DNA from: Azolla caroliniana
Lineage: Eukaryota; Plantae; Polypodiophyta
NCBI GenBank assembly: GCA_043228905.1
Contig: JBHGNT010000015.1
Coordinates: 7,874,001-7,938,000, forward strand
DNA: 64,000 bases
Direction of reading: 5' to 3'
Both the position numbers and the translations under genes were made by a program. This document shows, piece by piece, positions 59,613-64,000 of this stretch (its first letter is position 1; each line of letters begins with the position of its first letter). Under the pieces are notes generated by a model that was not told where the DNA came from, searched no databases, and saw nothing but the letters and a program-made list of their open reading frames with translations.

Positions 59613-61210
59613 GCCTGCCTGCCTGCCTGCCTGCCTGCCTGCTCGCTCCACACACCCGCACGTCCTATGATGTGATGATGTGTGGGTCGTTTTATACCAT
59701 GACCATACAATATATATATATATGTATGTCTGTCACTTCCAGTAGAGATATACGAAAAGTTTTTGAGTCTTCAAGAGGAGATGAAGAAGGGGATGGATCC
59801 CATTGGAAGGAAGAAGAGGAGAGAGTACATACAGATTTGGTTAGTATAGAGAGAGAGAGAGAGAGAGAGAAACCTATATCATCATCATCACCTACCTATG
59901 TATGTGTATACCTTATCTTATCCTCTCCTCGCTCCTTAACAACAATCTCTCTCTCTCTCTCCCTCATTTTAGCCATCACTTCGTCATATGAGGTCCAATT
60001 TGGACAATCTATGGCTTGAATCGAAGCTCACAACAAGGTCTACGGTATGTTCTATAATGATCAGTACTTTAATCAACTAAAGCTAACATGTACGTTTCAG
60101 AGGTATATTTCTTCTAGGGTTTGGTCCTACAATGAAACAACACTCCTACGTCCACCACAAAGTCCGGGAATATGATCGATAATGAGCCAAGATCACCAAT
60201 GATTCTTATACCAATGCAACAAACTCAGCCACAGCGGAGATAATTCTTAAGAGTTCTTGATTTCTTTTTAAAAAACCATAAACGAGTAAGGTGACGAGAT
60301 TACAACACTTAATGAAGGAGATTACTATAGAGAATGGAGGTCTTAGGAAAATTGTTTATTCGGAACAAATGAGTGCCTTAACAAGGTTGAGGTAAAAGAA
60401 ACATTAAAAGACAAAAAAATGGACACAATGAGGTGAAATGTAGGTGAGATGAAAAATGTATGCACAACAAAGTCATGGGCCAATGTATGTGGTATTGAAC
60501 TTGTCTATTACACATATGACGAATCAAGAGAAGAATGTAGAAAGCGTTGATGTCCGAGAACTGAAAGAATGTGAACGACAATAAAAATGGTGTTGCTCGT
60601 TCTGGAGAAATGATGATGGTATGGAAACACTAACATCTCTCGGAAAGGCCATTTGTAAATGCTTTAACATGCATTATGGTATATTGAATGTGAATGTATA
60701 TGGGGCACACCGAGTAAGGAAACATGGTGTTGCTCGTTCTGGAGAAATGCCTATTGTATGCACAATGGTGGATGATACAAAGCGAAGGATCATACTTGAA
60801 AATAGTTGGGTATACCTCAAAGCATAGTTTCTAATATTCGCGTACATCCAATTTACTAGACGTACGCGAACGTTTGCAAACGTATGCGTATGATACACGA
60901 TATTCGTTTGGCTTCTTTCTTTCTTTTTGACTTTTTTTGGGTTTTTTAAATTTTTGATATTCATAATTTTTTGTGAATAGAAGTGACATCTGACACAGAT
61001 ACACACACACTCTCTCTCTCTCTCTCTCACGAGAATTGACAGATCTTCTCTCTCTATAAAATCTAGATATCTAATATACATATTACACACTCCCTCACAC
61101 AGACAAAACCCGTAGCTCCTCTCTCTTTCTCTCTCTAGAGTCTAGATATACACTCAACCACTGTCTCCTCACACATGCAAAACAGGGCTTCTCTCTCTAG
61201 AACACACACG

Positions 61211-61253
<43 letters not shown>

Positions 61254-61419
61254 TATGTATACCATATACACCATATGTATATATCTATGTACCGCGTATG
61301 GATTTCAATCATACTTGGAGCCTTTTCACGTATGAGTATGATACGAATATTGGCGTTTGAGTATGACACGAATGGGACGTATGGCTAGAACTATGCCTCA
61401 AAGGTATGAAATGCTTTGT

Positions 61420-64000
61420 GAGTGAAAATCTTACTATCTCACAACAAAAGGCAGTCTTGACATCTAGCTACTCGACTTTGAGGCCCATGCTAGCCGCCAT
61501 GCTCAGCACTATTCGGATTAACGTCATCTTCACGACCGGGGAAAATATTTAATCAACACCCTTCTTCTGTTGAAAGCCCATCACGAAAAATTGTGCTTTG
61601 TACCTAGGTGGATTCCCACTTTCTCCCAACTTCAATTTGTATACCCACTTACTCGGAAGTGCCTTCTTCCCTTTCGGCAACTCGGTCAATTCGTATGTGT
61701 GGTTCTCATGCAAGGAATTGATCTCGTCTGGCATAGCACTCAACCACTCTCGGTTGTTGGTATCTCTCTTAGCTTCCTCAAAGCTTTGTGGCTCCCCGTC
61801 ATCGTTTAGCAGCACACGTTCTTCATTCGGAAATCTACGGGGCCTCCTTCTTTCTCTCACGGCATATCTTCTACCTACATTCGACATGGTCAGTTCTTCG
61901 TCGACTTCTTATGCCGAGTCGAATTTGGTTCCTTGTTTGGCCGATTCCCCTTGTTCATCAACCGATTCTTGATTTTGCCGAGTATTTAATCGGCCAACTA
62001 GCTCGGATTCGATTTCGATGGAATCGACTTCTACTCGATTCGGCCAAGCATCGACTCGGCTCGATTTAGTAGCTGAAGGCCTACTTTCAATATCCCAATC
62101 GACAATTGTCATTTTCTCCATGAAGACAATATCTCAGCTCCTCGTCACCTTCTTGTTGATTAGGTCCCATAGCTGATAGTGAATTCATCTTCACCGTAGC
62201 CGAGAAATAGGTATGGTCGGTTCTTGGGATCGAGTTTCCCCCTCTAGTCCTTAGTTATATGCACATGGGTGCATATAACTAATGATTCAATTTCGATCGA
62301 ATCAACTTCAATTGGATTTGGTCGAGCATCGACTCAGCTCGATTTAGTAGTTGAAGGCCTACTTTCAATCTCCAAATCGGCAATTGTCTTTTCCTCCATG
62401 ACGACAATATCACGACTCCTAATCACCTTCTTGTCAATTAGGTCCCATAGCCAATGGCCGAATTCATCTTCGCCATAAACGAGAAATAGGCATGGTTGGC
62501 TCTTTCGATCGAATTTCCCCCTCTGGTGCTTAGTTATATGCACATAGGTCAGGCAGTTGAACACTTTTAGATGCCGATATGACACCTCTTTGCCGGACCA
62601 TACCCTTTGTGGTATGTAATTGGAACCGAGGGATACTTGTTTATCACATAAACGGTTCGTCGAGCATCTACTCGGCTCGATTTAGTAGTTGAAGGACTAC
62701 TTTCAATCTCCCAATCGGCAATTGTCTTTTCCTCCATGACGACAATATCTCAGCTCCTAATCACCTTCTTGTCGATTAGGTCCCATAGCCGATGGCTGAA
62801 TTCATCTTCACCGTAAACGAGAAATAGGCATGGTTGGCTCTTGGGATCGAGTTCCCCCCTCTAGTCCTTAGTTATATGCATATAGGTCAGGTAGTCGAAC
62901 ACTGTTAGATGCCGATATGACACCTCTTTGCCGAACCATACCCTTTTTCATATGTTAGTGGAACCGATGGAGACTTGTTTATCACATAAACGGTTGGTCG
63001 AGCATCGACTCGGCTAGATTTAGTAGTTGAAGGACTACTTTCAATCTCCCAATCGGCAATTGTCTTTTCCTCCATGACGACAATATCCCGGCTCCTAATC
63101 ACCTTCTTGTCGATTAGGTCCCATAACCAATGGCCGAATTCATCTTCGCTGTAAACGAGAAATAGGCATGGTTGGCTCTTTGGATCGAGTTTCCCCCTTT
63201 GGTCATTAGTTATATGCACATAGGTCAGGGAGTCGAACACTGTTAGATCCCGATATGACACCTCTTTGACGGACCATAGCCTTTGTGGTATGTTAGTGGA
63301 AACGACGGAGACTTGTTTATCACATAAACGGTTGGTTGAGCATCAACTCGGTTCGATTTAGTAGTTGAAGGCCTACTTTCAATCTCCCAATTGGCAATTG
63401 TCTTTTCCTCCATGACCTCAATATCACGGCTCCTAATCACCTTCTTGTCGATTAGGTCCCATAGCAGATGGCCGAATTCATCTTCACCATAAACGAGAAA
63501 TAGTCATGGTTGGCTCTTGGGATCGAGTTTCCCCCTCTAGTCCTGAGTTATATGCACATAGGTCAGGCAATCGAACACTGTTAAATGTTGATATGACACC
63601 TCTTTGCCGGACCATACCCTTTGTGGTATGCTAGTGGAACCGACGAAGACTTGTTTATCACATAGACGGTTGATCGAGCATCGACTCAGCTCGATTTAGT
63701 AGTTGAAGGACTACTTTTAATCTCCCAATCCGGAATTGTTTTTTCCTCCATGAAGACAATATCTCGGCTCCTAATCACCTTCTTGTCGATTAGGTCCCAT
63801 AAGCGATGGCCGAATTCATCTTCACCGTAAACGAGAAATAGGCATGGTTGGCTGTTGGGATCAAGTTTCCCCCTCTGTTCTTTAGTTATATGCACATAGG
63901 TTAGGCAGTCGAACAGTGTTAGATGTCGATACGACACCTCTTTGCCGGACCATACCTTTTGTGGTATGTTAGTGGAACCGATGGAGAGTTGTTTATAATA
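61420..64000 (-). mobile_element. Tnt1/Tork-like Copia fragment (integrase C-terminus to RT start)
   Basis: EPQSFEEA, NHTYEL, KWVYKLK; similar to element C 14020-14826. Confidence 0.8.
62320..64000 (-). repeat. 338-bp tandem array derived from Copia integrase coding sequence (~5 units, runs off the window)
   Basis: GATATGACACCTCTTTG anchor at 62576, 62914, 63252, 63590, 63928 (exact 338-bp period). Confidence 0.93.

Overview
Eukaryotic plant genomic DNA, probably a non-seed land plant such as a fern (inferred from the Tcn1-type chromovirus and element repertoire). About 52 kb is a nest of LTR retrotransposons; eight insertions can be bounded to the base, seven with intact 5-bp TSDs. Contents: three copies of one Copia family (1680-6002, 35602-41645, 43481-49483); two related non-chromovirus Ty3/gypsy elements (7630-12962, 18960-34489); a very young, self-priming Tcn1/Tf1-like chromovirus (24742-30414) nested in the second of these; older Copia hosts; and three solo LTRs. 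After these come a degenerate spliced transposase-like gene, one intact host gene (AKR2-like ankyrin protein, 8 coding exons, 56994-59612, minus strand) and a 338-bp tandem array derived from Copia integrase sequence. The main finding is that both non-chromovirus gypsy elements lack a polypurine tract. They carry a tRNA-Arg-type primer site next to BOTH LTRs in opposite orientations, suggesting tRNA-primed (or tRNA-mimic-primed) plus-strand synthesis, and the complete copy also has a ~890-codon extra ORF after integrase. Family and clade names and tRNA identities come from recalled motifs, not database searches.
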